From Mobula hypostoma (Eukaryota), in assembly GCF_963921235.1 (NCBI RefSeq), contig NC_086097.1, positions 112,036,001 to 112,100,000 of the forward strand: 64,000 nt of DNA. The letters run 5' to 3'. The translations under genes were made by a program, and so were the position numbers. Each line of letters opens with the position of its first letter. The stretch's first letter is position 1. The notes below the pieces were generated by a model. It worked only from the letters and a program-made list of their open reading frames with translations, did not search any database and had not been told where the DNA came from. Shown in pieces: positions 1-12,442 of this stretch.

Positions 1-60
1 ACTTTAGCACCTTGAAAGATATATAATTCCCTATCCTCAGGAATTGACCATACCACCTTT

Positions 61-450
61 TCTCTCATCATCGTCATTATTATGTGCTGTGTCGTAGGAC
101 GCGAGTGATCAGGGTCCATGACCATGATTGCTTTTGGCAAAGTTTTCTACAGAAGTGATTTGCCATTGCCTTCTTCTTGACAGAGCCTTTGCAAGATGGG
201 TGACCCCAACATTATCAATGCTCTTCAGAAGCTGTCTGCCTGGTGTCAGTGGTCACGTAAGCAGGACTTGTGATATGCATCAACTGATCATGTGACCATC
301 CACCACCTGCTCCCATGGCTTCATGTGACCCTGATCGGGGAGGCTAAGCAGGTGTGACACTTTTCCCCAAGGGTGACCTGCAGGCTAATGGAGGGAAGGA
401 GTGTCTTGCACCTCCTTTGGTAAAGACTTATCTCCACTTTACCACCCAAC
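61..450 (-). mobile_element. Short interspersed repeat (SINE-like, (GAT)n tail)
   Basis: Reverse-complement homolog of the TSD-flanked copy at 27942-28324. Confidence 0.7.
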
Positions 451-682
451 CCTTTCACCCATGCCCTGCTAATAACAAGAGCTAAGTATTATTTTTCAGC
501 AGAGAACAGGACAGCCATAAAGTGGGTATTTCTGTAAGCAATGACAACCAAGTGTTAAAAACATCAGTAACACACAGCAATCGTTCTAGCTGGAGCCTAA
601 GTAAGGGAAGATGGCACACATTGTAACAATTGTCAAATTACATTTGGTTCAGAGCTCATAAACATTGATTGCTTTTCTTATG

Positions 683-2052
683 CAGTCCTCATGCAGGATG
701 ACCTAAAGATTAACTTGCAGGTTGAAACACTGGTGAGGAAGGTAACTGCAATGTTAGCATTCATTTCGAGAGGACTAGTAGAGTTACAAAATACACGTGG
801 ACTAAGATGTTAACTGTCCTGTGCTATCACCAGTGGGATCATCAGTTGATCTGCCACCTGTCTTCAGGAGTTTCGGCCCGCTTATGATCAAGACTCCCTC
901 GAGGTGGTGGGCCAGCAGTGCTAAAGCACCATCTCTCACTGGTGAGCTTAAAAACTTGGCATCTGCCTCTATCAGAGTTGTTGGTTGCTTCCATCCAACA
1001 GGTAGTCTACTCTTCAGGTGTCTATGCAACTACTGAAGGGTTTGCAAGATACGTATACACTGTCTGACTATCTGCCCCTCTGGACATACTTGATCCACAC
1101 CCATGCTGATCCTTTCTCTGCTGCCTCAGCTACAGCCCTGCTGGTTGACTTGATCTCTCTTCTAGCGAAGCCAAGCTCACGCAGCCACTTCTGGAAAGTG
1201 AACGCAATAAACCCACGGTAGCTTACTTCGAATGGATAGCATGAGACCTTCCACCATCTGTCTCTGCACTCTGATCTTAACTCTGCATACTTGGTTAACC
1301 TGCGCTCATGGGCTTCATCGATGTTGTCTTCCCAGGGGACTGTGAGTTCACCAATAACCACTTCTCTACTGGTGTCAGACCATACGATTATATCTGGACG
1401 CAATGTTGTGAAAGCTATTTGCTCTGGGAAACTGCCTTTCCCGTCCAGGTCAGCCTTGACACACCAATCATTGGCAAGTATATAAACACAAGGATGTGAT
1501 GGTGAGGCTGCACTTGGAGTATTGTGAGAAGTTTTGGGCCCCTTATCTAAGAAAGCATATGCTGGCAATGGACGGGGTCCAGAGGAGGTTCAGGAGAATG
1601 ATTCCAGGAATGGACGGATTAACGTAAGAGGAGCATTTGATGGCTCCGTGGATTAACTCGCTGGAGTTTAGAAGACTGGGAGGGTGGAGGAGGGTCTCAT
1701 TGGAACCTATTGAATGTTAAAAGGCCTAGATAGAATGGATGTTTCCTATAGTGGGGAAGTCTAGGACCAGAGAGCACTGCCTCGGAATAGGATGACATCC
1801 ATTTAGAATGGAGAAGAGGAGGAATTTCTTTAGTCAGAGGGTGATGAATCTGTGGAATTTGTTTCCACTGGCGGCTGTGGAGGCCAAGTTATTGGGTATA
1901 TTTAAAGTGGAGGTTGATAGGTTCTTGATTAATAAGGGTATTAAAGGTTACAGGGAGAAGGCAGAAGTATAGCTTTGATATGGATAATAGACATGATGGA
2001 ATAGCGGAGCAGAACCGATAGGCCAAAGGGCCTAATTCTGCTCCTGTGGTCT
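683..2052 (+). mobile_element. CR1 LINE 3' fragment, interrupted at ~780-1477
   Basis: Homologous to the 3' end of the CR1s at 21.4 and 35.5 kb (gcaatgttagcattcatttc; cacttggagtattgtg; cagagggtg.tgaatctgtggaatt). Reads through on both sides of the insert. Confidence 0.85.
780..1477 (-). mobile_element. 5'-truncated R2-group (HERO/NeSL-like) non-LTR retrotransposon with restriction-like endonuclease domain and 3' UTR
   Basis: ORF segment 1068-~1477: LRPDIIVWS...IGELTVPWEDNIDEAHERRLTKY..YPFEVSYRGF (PD-(D/E)xK-type REL motif). Antisense inside the CR1; AGTA at both junctions. Confidence 0.85.
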
Positions 2053-2074
2053 AAAAGAAGAGACATTGAAGAGT

Positions 2075-2395
2075 TTAGCTTTATTTGTCACATGTACATC
2101 AAAATATTTAAACATACAGTGAAATGCGTCATTTGCATCAAATCATATCAGCAAGGCTTGTACTGGGGGCAGCCCGCAAGAGTTGTGACATTTCCGGCGC
2201 CTACATAGCCTGCCCACAGCTTACTAACCCTAACCCACACATTTTTGTGATGTGGGAGGAAATCAGAGCACCTGGTGGGAACCCGCATGGTCACAGGGAG
2301 AATGTACAAACAGCAATGGGAATCCAACCCTGACTGGTGATCGCTGGCACCGTAAGGTGATTGTGCTAACCACTTCACTACTGTGCCACCCCTCA
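2075..2395 (-). mobile_element. tRNA-derived V-SINE (HE1-like)
   Basis: Minus-strand tRNA-like head ggtggcacagtagtgaagtggttagc followed by V-domain-like tgtacattctccctgtgaccatgcgggtt...ggtgctctgatttcctcccaca. Confidence 0.7.
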
Positions 2396-3586
2396 CCAGC
2401 TGCAAATACAATATTATAAAATCCTGTCCCATGTTCTGATGCCATTTAGAAAGCACACTTCAAATGCTAATCTGATGTCTGAAAATATTATTTAACTTGC
2501 AGAAGTGAAATCTTGACAACGGTTTTGTATTTTTAGGGGTTTTTCCTATTTGTTGAGTGCTTTGGTTTTGGCCTGTTTTTTACCTGCATGGTTTTCACTC
2601 TGTACATTTACACAGAGCTTCTGCTTTCTGATAATGGCTCTGACAGGAACCCTGTTTGACAGCATAGATGTGCCTTTTGTAAAAGTTTCATTGGTGCTTT
2701 CCAGCACTTAAAGAAGGTGGCACTGATAATTCAGCACGTACAATATTGAATTAGTGTTCGCACCATATTTGGGCAGATGTCTTTACCAGTTTACTGCAGC
2801 TATTAAATAGGGGTAAAAACACAAGGCCAGTCCACTTTATAGAGAAGAAATTGTTTGGTTCAATTTTCAGCTGGACAGAGGTCACGATATATGTGGGGAG
2901 GTGAGGAGGGTTAACACACTCATTATAGAACTGGTTAGGTGGTTTATAAACATAAGGGATTCTACAAATGCTAGAAATCCAGAGCAACACACACAGAATG
3001 CTGGAGGTCAACAAGTCAACATCTCCCTGATGCTGCTGAACCTGCTGAGTTCCTTCAGCATTTTTTTCTTGTGTGTAGTTTAGGTGGTTTGCAGGTTTTC
3101 CTGAGCAGTTAATAAGCGTGGGAATAATTTGCACATTTCAGTTTTCAACCATTTCTTTCAGGATAATTTGAATCTTCAGCACTGGGAAAAGAAAACAAGG
3201 TGCAAGGCAGACGAGATTATGAGTGAAAGTACGATTTTTACATTATCACCTGTGAAAACAGGAGAAATATGCATAAATCAATAACATCAAATTTACCTCT
3301 TTATATTATTGTCCTCAATATTAAGTTATATTTGCAAGAAGTATATCAAAAATATAAATATGAACTTTTTAGATTTCTTGTTCATTTCAAATGATTTGGC
3401 CTAAGGTCAATTTATTAAAGAATAACTATTACTGGCAATTCAGAAGATATTTTATCAATCTGAGTAGTTTGATAATAAAATTTGCCTTGTGCTATGTCTA
3501 ATTATAATCATTTCTATATATTCACTGATTGAGAGTTTAAATAAGTTATTATTTAATTAAGGCTCTGACCAAGTTTCAATGGAATA

Positions 3587-4030
3587 ATAAGACCATAAGA
3601 CATAGGAGCAGATTAAGGCCATTTGGTCCATCGTGCCTGATCTGCCATTTTATCATGGCTCATCCATTTTCCTTCTCAACCCATTTTCTGGTCTTCTCCC
3701 TATAACCTTTCATGCTCTGACTAATCTAGAACCTATCAACATAAATGCACTGAATGACCCGTTTGGAAAATATTCTACTCCTTTATTCCTTCTACCAAAG
3801 TGCATGATCAAAACTTCCCGGCATTATATTCCCTCTGCCAATTCTTCTCCATTCTCTCAGTCTGTCTAAGTCCTTCTGCAGATTTCCTGCTTCCTCAACA
3901 CTACCAGCCCCTCCACCTATCTTCATAAGGTCCACAAACTTGGCCACAAAGCCATCAATTGCATCATTCAAATGATTGACATATATCCTGAGAAGAAAGA
4001 AACCTTGTGGAACTCCACTAGTCACTGCCA
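3587..4030 (-). mobile_element. CR1 LINE fragment
   Basis: ORF 3792..4037 VTSGVPQG..FVAKFVDLMKIGG..LQKDLDRL; (tcttatgg)-type tail near 3590. Confidence 0.85.
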
Positions 4031-4354
4031 GTGACATTCAAGCAGCCTTGTGATAAAAGCGGAGAACTGCCTTATTTCAGACTTTAAAGTTGCATGCTAC
4101 TTATTGGTTGGATAAGCTTTAAGAGTTAAACAGGGGTAAAATTTAAATCTGATGACACTGCATTGCCCTGTCTTTCATGAGAAAGCTTGGGTCTGTCTTG
4201 TTTATGATATGCTCGCAAGCAGTTGTCCGCAGTAGAGTCTGAAAAGAAAATGAAATGAGCACCAAAACAATAGTCAGATGCAAAGTCAGTCTGACTTGGT
4301 TCCATACTGTCATGGGATGTGTCATTCTAAACATTTTGCACTCTGCTGAGGGCT

Positions 4355-4722
4355 AGAACTCTGGTCGTTAACTCTGGTGACCCAGAGAAACATAAATCCA
4401 TTAAACTTGAACTTGGGAAGGCCATTGTGAGCCTAAAGAAGCAATTTCAGACTAAACTTGAATCACAGATAGATGCTCAATGGCTGCAGCAGGGCTTGTA
4501 TAATACAACTTCCAACAGAGAGACAGCTGGTAACAATGATCCATCACTCCTAGATGATCCCAATGCCTTTTATGCACACTTTGATAGGGAGAACTATGAA
4601 ACCCCTCACATCCACAGATGACCCTGTAATTTCAAGCTCTGAGGGTGATATCTGAGTATCTTTCCACAAGGTTAATCCATGAGAGGCATCTGTCTGGCCA
4701 AGTACAAAAGATCTGTGCAGGC
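4355..4722 (+). mobile_element. Rex1/Babar-like LINE ORF2 fragment
   Basis: ORF 4427..4621 WLQQGL...SLLDDPNAFYAHFD, a typical pre-RT segment of this family. Confidence 0.6.
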
Positions 4723-5316
4723 CTTCAAAGACGTGACGTTACTGCTGATTCTCTAAAGAATTCATGACGAAGGAAGTAAAATGGTTAAAAGGAACTGACC
4801 TTTTTCCTGACGAGTAGACACTGCACAACTTCCCTGCTCTTGCAGGGTTTATCTCAGATACAGGTGTCCACTTCTGAATAAATGCTCAATAAGGTCGATC
4901 CTCTATAAAACCGCTGAACGACTCCAACTTTATTCCGATCCTTCAGGTTCCCGTCCTTTAATAAAGTCTTCGCTCTCCAATGCTACTGTAAAGGTAAATC
5001 AAAGATACACCAACAAAGCTGGCAACGATTTGTGAAACTGCCAGCACAACGATTTTACCTTATAATAGAAAGTAAAACTCCGGTTTAAAGCTAAACTGCA
5101 TCATAAAACGAATACACAACATAACAGAGTAACTAACGAAGCAAACAACAACTCAACTGAAACTAACTGCATCACCAGGGTTTCCCTTTATATACCTGTA
5201 GAGAATAGGTCATCATGTAATCTCACACTGGCGGGAAAATTACATCATGTGACCTCCGCAAGAGCATTACATCAAGCTCATAAGACAGTCACAAGATACC
5301 CACAGGGTATGTAACA
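4723..5316 (-). repeat. 3' LTR of the Gmr1-type element (distal end truncated)
   Basis: Begins TGTTAC (5316) directly after the PPT; colinear with 12973-13858; TATATAAA at 5187-5194. Confidence 0.9.
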
Positions 5317-5429
5317 CCTCCCTCCAAAAAGAAAATTTTGGTCTTTTAGGAGCAAAATTTTAACAACTATTTACACACAAAAAATACAAATGTATAAACT
5401 CTACAACATACACAATATACACAGTATTA

Positions 5430-8400
5430 TCATACAGCATCTTGCAAACTAATTGTCAGTAGGAGTGTTACAAATGTTAAAATACTATTCCATAAAAAAT
5501 TTTTACATTGTACATTTAACATATAGATCACATTCTCTTTACCTTTAATATGAGTTATCAAAATATTATACTCCCGTAACATCGAACTCCAATTTAGTAA
5601 TCTTCTATTTTTGTTTTTCATTTTTCTCAAAAACACTAATGGATTATGATCGGTATAAGCTATGAGTGGTTTCTGAGTAGTACCAACATACACTTCAAAA
5701 TGTTGCAAAGCCAAAACAAGAGATAATAATTCCTTTTCTATAGTTGAATAATTTCTTTGATGGGCATTAAATTTCTTAGAAAAGTAAGCTAACGGACGAT
5801 CAATTTCATCACCCTCATCCCTTTGAAGTAACACTGCTCCTGCAGCTTCATCACTAGCATCTACAGCTGTTGAAAATGGTTTTTCAAAGTCAGGGGAATT
5901 TGAGCACAGGTTGACGATTTCAATTTATCAAAGGCCTCTTGACAAGGCTCTGTCCAAACAAACTTTTCATTTTTCTTCAAGAGGTTAGTTAATGGAAGAG
6001 GAATGTTAGCAAAATTCTTACAAAATTTACAGTAATATCCTACCATTCCCAAGAATCTTCTGAGATTTTTTTTTCCAGTTGGAATGGGTACCTCTAAAAT
6101 TGCCTGAACAGGAGCTAATTTTTCTTGACCCACAACATAACCAAGGTAGGTCACCGAGGCATGACCAAATTCACTTTTAGCTAAGTCAATAGTTAAGTTA
6201 GCTTTTGAAAGTCTTTCAAATAGCTTCTCCACCGCAGTAATATGTGCTTTCCAAGTATAATTTCCTGTAACTAAATCATCAATATAGGCATCTGTATCTT
6301 TTAACCCATGAATCACAGTATTAATCATCCGCTGGAAAGTACCTGGTGCATTCTTCATCCCAAAGGGAAGAACATTGTATTCATACAACCTGGATGGGGT
6401 TACAAATGCAGAAATCTCTCTACCTCTATCTAATAACAATAAGGAACACGCCAATAACCTTTTAACAAATCAATCTTTGTAAGGAACTTTGCTTGTCCAG
6501 CTTTGTCCACACAATCATCTACCCAGTTTTTGTCACAGCATTCACCTTCCTATAATCTGTACAAAACCGAATGTCTGGCTTAGGCCCCATAACACACAGT
6601 GAACTCCAATTCTAATTAGCAGGTCTAATAATATCATTCTCTAACATATACTTAATTTCTTGTTCAGCAAGTTCACATTTTTCCCTGTTCATCCGATGCG
6701 GATGTTATTTTATGGGTTTGGCATCTCCAACATCTACATCATGTGAAGCTACTGTGGTTCTTTTAGGAACGTCTGGAAATAAATCCCTATATTTAAAAAA
6801 TAACTGTTTGATCTGCTCTCTCTGCTCTGGCTGTAAATGAGCTAATTTCTCATCAATATTTTTCAGAATTGTTGAGTTTGGTAATCTGGCAGAAATAATG
6901 TTGGGTTTAAAATGAGTTTCAGATGAATCATCCATTAAGTTCCCAGTGGGATCAGATTCATTATTATTGACCACAACAATCATAGCAGCAGATTGTTTCT
7001 CATAATACCATTTTATCATATTTATTTGACACAGCTGTGTTGGCTTTCTTCGATCTGGAGCTTCTATCACATAATCCACATCATTAACTTTAGATTTAAT
7101 CTCATAAGGACCATGAAATTTAGCTTGTAATGGGTTCGTTTGCACCGGGAAAAGGACCAACACCTCATCTTCAGGCTTAAATTACCTCATTCTAGCTTCC
7201 TTATCATACCAAGTCTTCATTTTCTCCTGCGCCAATTTTAAATTTTCCTCAGCTAAGCTACAAGCTTTATGTAATCTTTCTTTAAATTTTAACACATAAT
7301 CCAACAAATTAGTGTGTACCTCTTTATTAATCCACTGTTCTTTCAACAAGGCCAAAGGTCCTCGAACGCTATGCCGAAACACAAGTTCAAAGGACTATAA
7401 CCTAATGATTCCTGCACTGCCTCCCGTACTGCAAAAAGTAGTAAATGTACGCCTTCATCCCAGTTATTTTCATTTTCCACACCATACGTCCTAATCATAG
7501 TTTTAAGGGTAGAATGGGTAGAATGGAACCTCTCCAAGGCTCCTTGCGATTCTGAATGATATGCAGATGAGGTAATCTGTTTTGCTCCCAGTTTATAAAC
7601 TATCAGCTGAAACAATCCAGACATACAATTACTACCTTGATTAAAATGTTGCCACATCTTTTCTTAAACTGGGCCTGTAAAAATGTTTAAAAACCTTTTT
7701 CATAGTTTTCTTTACACCTTGATGGCCACCCAAAGCAATACTATGAGCCATAGTTAAAATCTCATTTCGATAAACTTTAAGAACTAATATCTGGTGATTA
7801 ACTTCCCATTCCTCGCTTGCAGGAATTATAGGTGATCTCCACTTCCTCATTAACACTCCCTTTTCAAAATAATATCCTACTGGCACCTTCTCAATTTCAC
7901 TATATGGAAGAGCTTGGTCCTTTAATTTGATAATCTCAGGGTCTCTACTCTGCTCTTCATGGTCAGAGTTACTACAATAATCTTGTTCAAACAATGAAGG
8001 TAAGAAAATTTCTGACACATCTCAAAATTTGAATCCTGAGTTGAACTGTCATAGGTAACAGACCCATCCTGCACATCAATCTTTTTAGCCATAGCTTGGA
8101 TTACCACACAGGAGGAATCTGTGTTAGAATCTACATGTGGTTCCTCAGATATGCACTCTATTGTCAAATGCACTTCAGGAAAAACTTGTCCACCTGCTAA
8201 GTCATTCCCTAACAATAGAGAAATACTATTCATGGGTAAACTGGGTAGTAGTCCTACTTTAACAGGCCCTGTACCGAATTTACTTTATGCAAATGTACCG
8301 GCATAAGGGCACTTGCAACTCCTCGTATATAGTTTACCTCAATAATGTCAGACTCATCACTAAACTTTAGAACACTGTCTAATATAAGTGATTGAGAAGC

Positions 8401-8535
8401 TCTGGTATCCCTGAGTATTTTTATTGGCACAGGATTGGATCCCTCTTGCAAAGATACAGATCCCTCGGTTATAAACTGTTCATATCCCCTTTTAATTTGG
8501 TCAGACTCTAACAAAACTTCATTGGTATTTATCGA
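5430..8535 (-). pseudogene. Gmr1-type pol: protease, integrase, RT, RNase H (frameshifted)
   Basis: ILRDTRASQS (PR, ~8400); HSIALGGHQG and AYHSESQGALERFH (IN, 8018-7182; HHCC-to-core segment apparently deleted near 7640); AKFHGPYEI (GPY/F); LPFGMKNAPGTFQR..AYIDDL (RT); RNYSTIEKELL..TDHNPL (RH). Confidence 0.92.
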
Positions 8536-8634
8536 CAAACAACAGGAATTCTGCAGATGCTGGAAATTCAAGCAACATACATCAAAGTTGCTGGTGAACG
8601 CAGCAGGCCAAGCAGCATCCATAGGAAGAGGTGC

Positions 8635-8670
8635 AGTCGACGTTTCAGGCCGAGACCCTTCGTCAGGAGT
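8635..8670 (-). ncRNA. Minimal hammerhead ribozyme, second copy (one stem I mismatch)
   Basis: Minus strand ACTC-CTGACGA-AGG-gtctcgg-CCT-GAAA-CGTC-GACT. Confidence 0.7.
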
Positions 8671-8962
8671 AACTGAAGGAAGAGTGAGTAAGGGATTTGA
8701 AAGTTGGAGGGGGAGGGGGAGATCCAAAATGATAGGAGAAGACAGGAGGGGGAGGGATAGAGCCGAGAGCTGGACAGGTGATAGGCAAAAGGGGATACGA
8801 GAGGATCATGGGACAGGAGGTCCGGGAAGAAAGACAAGGGGGGGGACCCAGAGGATGGGCAAGAGGTATATTCAGAGGGACAGAGGGAGAAAAAGGAGAG
8901 TGAGAGAAAGAATGTGTGCATAAAAATGAGTAACAGATGGGGTACGAGGGGGAGGTGCGGCC

Positions 8963-9289
8963 TTAGCGGAAGTTAGAGAAGTCGATGTTCATGCCATCAG
9001 GTTGGAGGCTACCCAGACGGAATATAAGGTGTTGTTCCTCCAACCTGAGTGTGGCTTCATCTTTACAGTAGAGGAGGCCGTTGATAGACATGTCAGAATG
9101 GGAATGGGATATGGAATTAAAATGTGTGGCCACTGGGAGATCCTGCTTTCTCTGGCGGACAGAGCGTAGATGTTCAGCAAAGCGGTCTCCTAGTCTGCGT
9201 CGGGTCTCGCCAATATATAAAAGGCCATATCGGGAGCACCGGACGCAGTATATCACCCCAGTCGACTCACAGGTGAAGTGATGCCTCAC
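8963..9289 (-). pseudogene. Penelope-like GIY-YIG endonuclease
   Basis: FTCESTGVIYCVRC..GLLYIGETRRRLGDRFAEH...RLEEQHLIFRLGSLQPDGMN. Confidence 0.93.
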
Positions 9290-9432
9290 CTGGAAGGACT
9301 GTTTGGGGCCCTGAATGGTGGTAAGGGAGGAAGTGTAAGGGCATGTGTAGCACTTGTTCCGCTTACACGGATAAGTGCCAGGAGGGAGACCAGTGGGGAG
9401 GGATGGGGGGGACGAATGGACAAGGGAGTTGC

Positions 9433-10323
9433 CTAGGGAGCGATCCCTGCGGAATGCAGAGAGAGGCGGGGAGGGAAAGATGTGCTTAGTGATGGGATCC
9501 TGTTGGAGGTGGCGGAAGTTACGGAGAATATATGTTGGACCCGGAGGCTGGTGGGGTGGTAGGTGAGGACCAGGGGAACCCTATTCCTAGTGGGGTGGCG
9601 GGAGGATGGAGTGAGAGCAGATGTACGTGAAATGGGGGAGATCCGTTTAAGAGCAGAGTTGATAGTGGAGGAAGGGAAGCCCCTTTCTTTAAAAAAGGAA
9701 GACATCTCCCTCGTCCTAGAATGAAAAGCCTCATCCTGAGAGCAGATGCGGCGGAGACGGAGGAATTGCGAGAAGGGGATGGCGTTTTTGCAAGAGACAG
9801 GGTGAGAAGAGGAATAGTCCAGATAGCTGTGAGAGTCAGTAGGCTTATAGTAGACATCAGTGGATAGGCTGTCTCTAGAGACAGAGACAGAAAGATCTAG
9901 AAAGGGGAGGGAGGTGTCAGAAATGGGCCAGGTAAACTTGAGGGCAGGGTGAAAGTTGGAGGCAAAGTTAATAAAGTCAACGAGTTCTGCATGCGTGCAG
10001 GAAGCAGCGCCAATGCAGTCGTCGATGTAGCGAAGGAAAAGTGGGGGACAGATACCAGAATAGGCACGGAACATAGATTGTTTCACAAACCCAACAAAAA
10101 GGCAGGCATAGCTAGGACCCATACGGGTGCCCATAGCTACACCTTTAGTTTGGAGGAAGTGGGAGGAGCCAAAGGAGAAATTATTAAGAGTAAGGACTAA
10201 TTCCGCTAGACGGAGCAGAGTGGTGGTAGAGGGGAACTGATCAGGTCTGGAATCCAAAAAGAAGCGTAGAGCTTTGAGACCTTCCTGAAGGGGGATGGAA
10301 GTATATAGGGACTGGACATCCAT
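9433..10323 (-). pseudogene. Penelope-like reverse transcriptase (partial, frameshifted)
   Basis: MDVQSLYTSIP, GVAMGTRMGPSYA, LRYIDD, LPFLDL, VYYKPTDSHSYL, SQFLRLRRICS. Confidence 0.93.
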
Positions 10324-11062
10324 GGTGAAAATAAAGCGGTGGGGGCCAGGGAACTTAAAATCATCGAAAAGTTTAAGAGCGTGAGAAGTGTCACGAACAT
10401 AGGTAGGAAGGGATTGAACAGGGGGGGGTAAAACCGTGTCGAGGTATGCAGAAATGAGTTTGGTGGGGCAGGAGCAAGCTGAGACAATAGGTCTGCCAGG
10501 ACAGGCAGGTTTGTGGATCTTGGGTAGGAGGTAGAAACGGGAAGTGTGAGGTGTGGGAACTATAAGGTTGGTAGCAGTGGATGGGAGATCCCCTGAGCAG
10601 ATAAAGTCGGTGATGGTGTGGGAGACAATGGCCTGGTGCTCCTTAGTGGGGTCACGATCGAGGGGTAAATAAGAGGAGGTATCCGCGAGTTGTTGAGGAA
10701 CAACACCTTATATTCCGTCTGGGTTGCCTCCAACCTGATGGCATGAACATCGACTTCTCTAACTTCTGCTAAGGCCCCCCTCCCCCTCGTACCCCATCTG
10801 TTACTTATTTTTATACACACATTCTTTCTCTCTGTCTCCTTTTTCTCCCTCTGTCCCTCTGAATATACCCCTTGCTCATCCTCTGGGCCCCCCCCCCCGT
10901 CTCTCTTCCCGGACCTCCTGTCCCATGATCCTCTCGTATCACTTTTGCCTATCACCTGTCCAGCTCTTGGCTCTATCCCTCCCCCTCCTGTCTTCTCCTA
11001 TCATTTTGGATCTCCCCCTCCCCCTCCAACTTTCAAATCCCTTACTCACTCTTCCTTCAGTT

Positions 11063-11098
11063 AGTCCTGACGAAGGGTCTCGGCCTGAAACGTCGACT
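11063..11098 (+). ncRNA. Minimal type I hammerhead ribozyme in the PLE pseudo-LTR
   Basis: AGTC-CTGACGA-AGG-gtctcgg-CCT-GAAA-CGTC-GACT: stem I AGTC/GACT, core CUGANGA and GAAA, stem II AGG/CCT, palindromic ACGT, GUC cleavage triplet. Confidence 0.8.
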
Positions 11099-11161
11099 GC
11101 ACCTCTTCCTACAGATGCTGCCTGTCCTGCTGCGTTCACCAGCAACTTTGGTGTGTGTTGC

Positions 11162-12336
11162 TTGGTATTTATCGAACTCTGTGGATTTACAGCTGTTTCA
11201 ATATGCTGCACACAAGCATCTGGGACTGCTTCCTTCTCTTTCTTTTTCAATAGAAAACAGTTAGCTATTACATGTCCAGGTTTCTTACAATAATTACAAA
11301 TAGGACTAAAATGTCTTTCCTTCACATGTCTCCCCTCATCCTTACCTTTCTGACTAACTTCAGATTTAATTTCAGGTTTACCTTGGCTCTCTGTGCTAAT
11401 TTTCCTTTTAAAAGTTCTACCTGGAGAAAATTTACTCTTATGAATTAAAGCATACTCATCAGCTAATTTAGCAAACTCCTGCAACGTACCAGTGTCCCTC
11501 TCATTTAAGTATGTCCTTACTTCAATAGGAATGTTCCTTTTAAATTCCTCCAATGAAATCAACTCTTTGAATTTATTATATTCCCCATTCACATTTTTAG
11601 AGGAAACCCATCTCTCAAGACACACAGATTTATCGTAGGCAAATTCCACATAAGTTTTGTCCACGGATTTCTTGAAAGTTCTGAATCTTTCTCTATAAGC
11701 TTCTGGAACCAGTTCATACGCTTTCAATATATACTGCTTCACAGTATCATAATCAAGTGCTTGTTCAGCAGTTAAAGCTGTATAAACTTGCTGTGCCTTA
11801 CTTCTAATTATACTTTGTAACAACACTGGCCATTGATTTTTTGGCCACCCTGAAATCAGAGCAACAATTTCAAAATGTTGGAAATATTTGTCTACTTCTG
11901 TTTCATTAAATGGAGGAGCCAAAATAGCTTCTCGACTAGCAACAAACTGTTTCCCAGAACCAGAGGACTGATTTTCCATCCTTAATTTCTCCATCTCTAG
12001 CTCAAATTTCCTCTGGTTCTCTGTTTCTCTTTCCTTAAATTCCCTTATTTTATTTGCCTCTCTTTTGGCCATTTCCACTTTAAATTGTTCAAACTTTATC
12101 TGTTAAATATGTAAATGCATTTCCAGTGTACTCATTGGAAACCTCACTAACACCTCATCATCAAACTTTTCCGAACTTATATAATGTTCTGCTATTTTCC
12201 TCTGAATTACTGGTTTTGTTGTAATTTTCATAATCCCTTTAAGGTCCAACCTTCTAGCAGTCTCGGAAACATCACCATTTTTCACCTTCGCTAATAACTC
12301 CGGGTCTGGCGATTCCATGAAGTCGTCAATATTCAT
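11162..12336 (-). pseudogene. Gmr1-type gag (capsid/SCAN-related region and CCHC zinc knuckle)
   Basis: ORFs 12103..12336 and 10939..12078: PPFNETEVDKYFQHFE, AYELVPEAYRERFR, LISLEEFKRNIP, CNYCKKPGHVIANC. True gag continues at 8535 across the PLE. Confidence 0.9.
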
Positions 12337-12442
12337 TGCTGCTGAATACTACCCACAGTCCAATCAAACAATAGAATTGGGTATTTACCTTTTCCAAATC
12401 AGATTGTTAATTAAACAAGCACCTAAGCTGAAAATTGGAACA

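Larger units (their letters stand above)
8536..11161 (-). mobile_element. Penelope-like element, 5'-truncated, with inverted pseudo-LTR and 14-bp TSD
   Basis: TSD TTGGTATTTATCGA at 8522-8535 and 11162-11175; 10695-11161 is the reverse complement of 8572-9040; RT and GIY-YIG ORFs inside. Confidence 0.95.

Noticed and set aside
1478..1568. N-terminus of the 166-aa REL ORF
   Set aside because: Antisense CR1 sequence outside the insertion.
10939..11161. Novel C-terminal domain on the 379-aa gag ORF
   Set aside because: Read-through into the PLE inverted repeat beyond the TSD.
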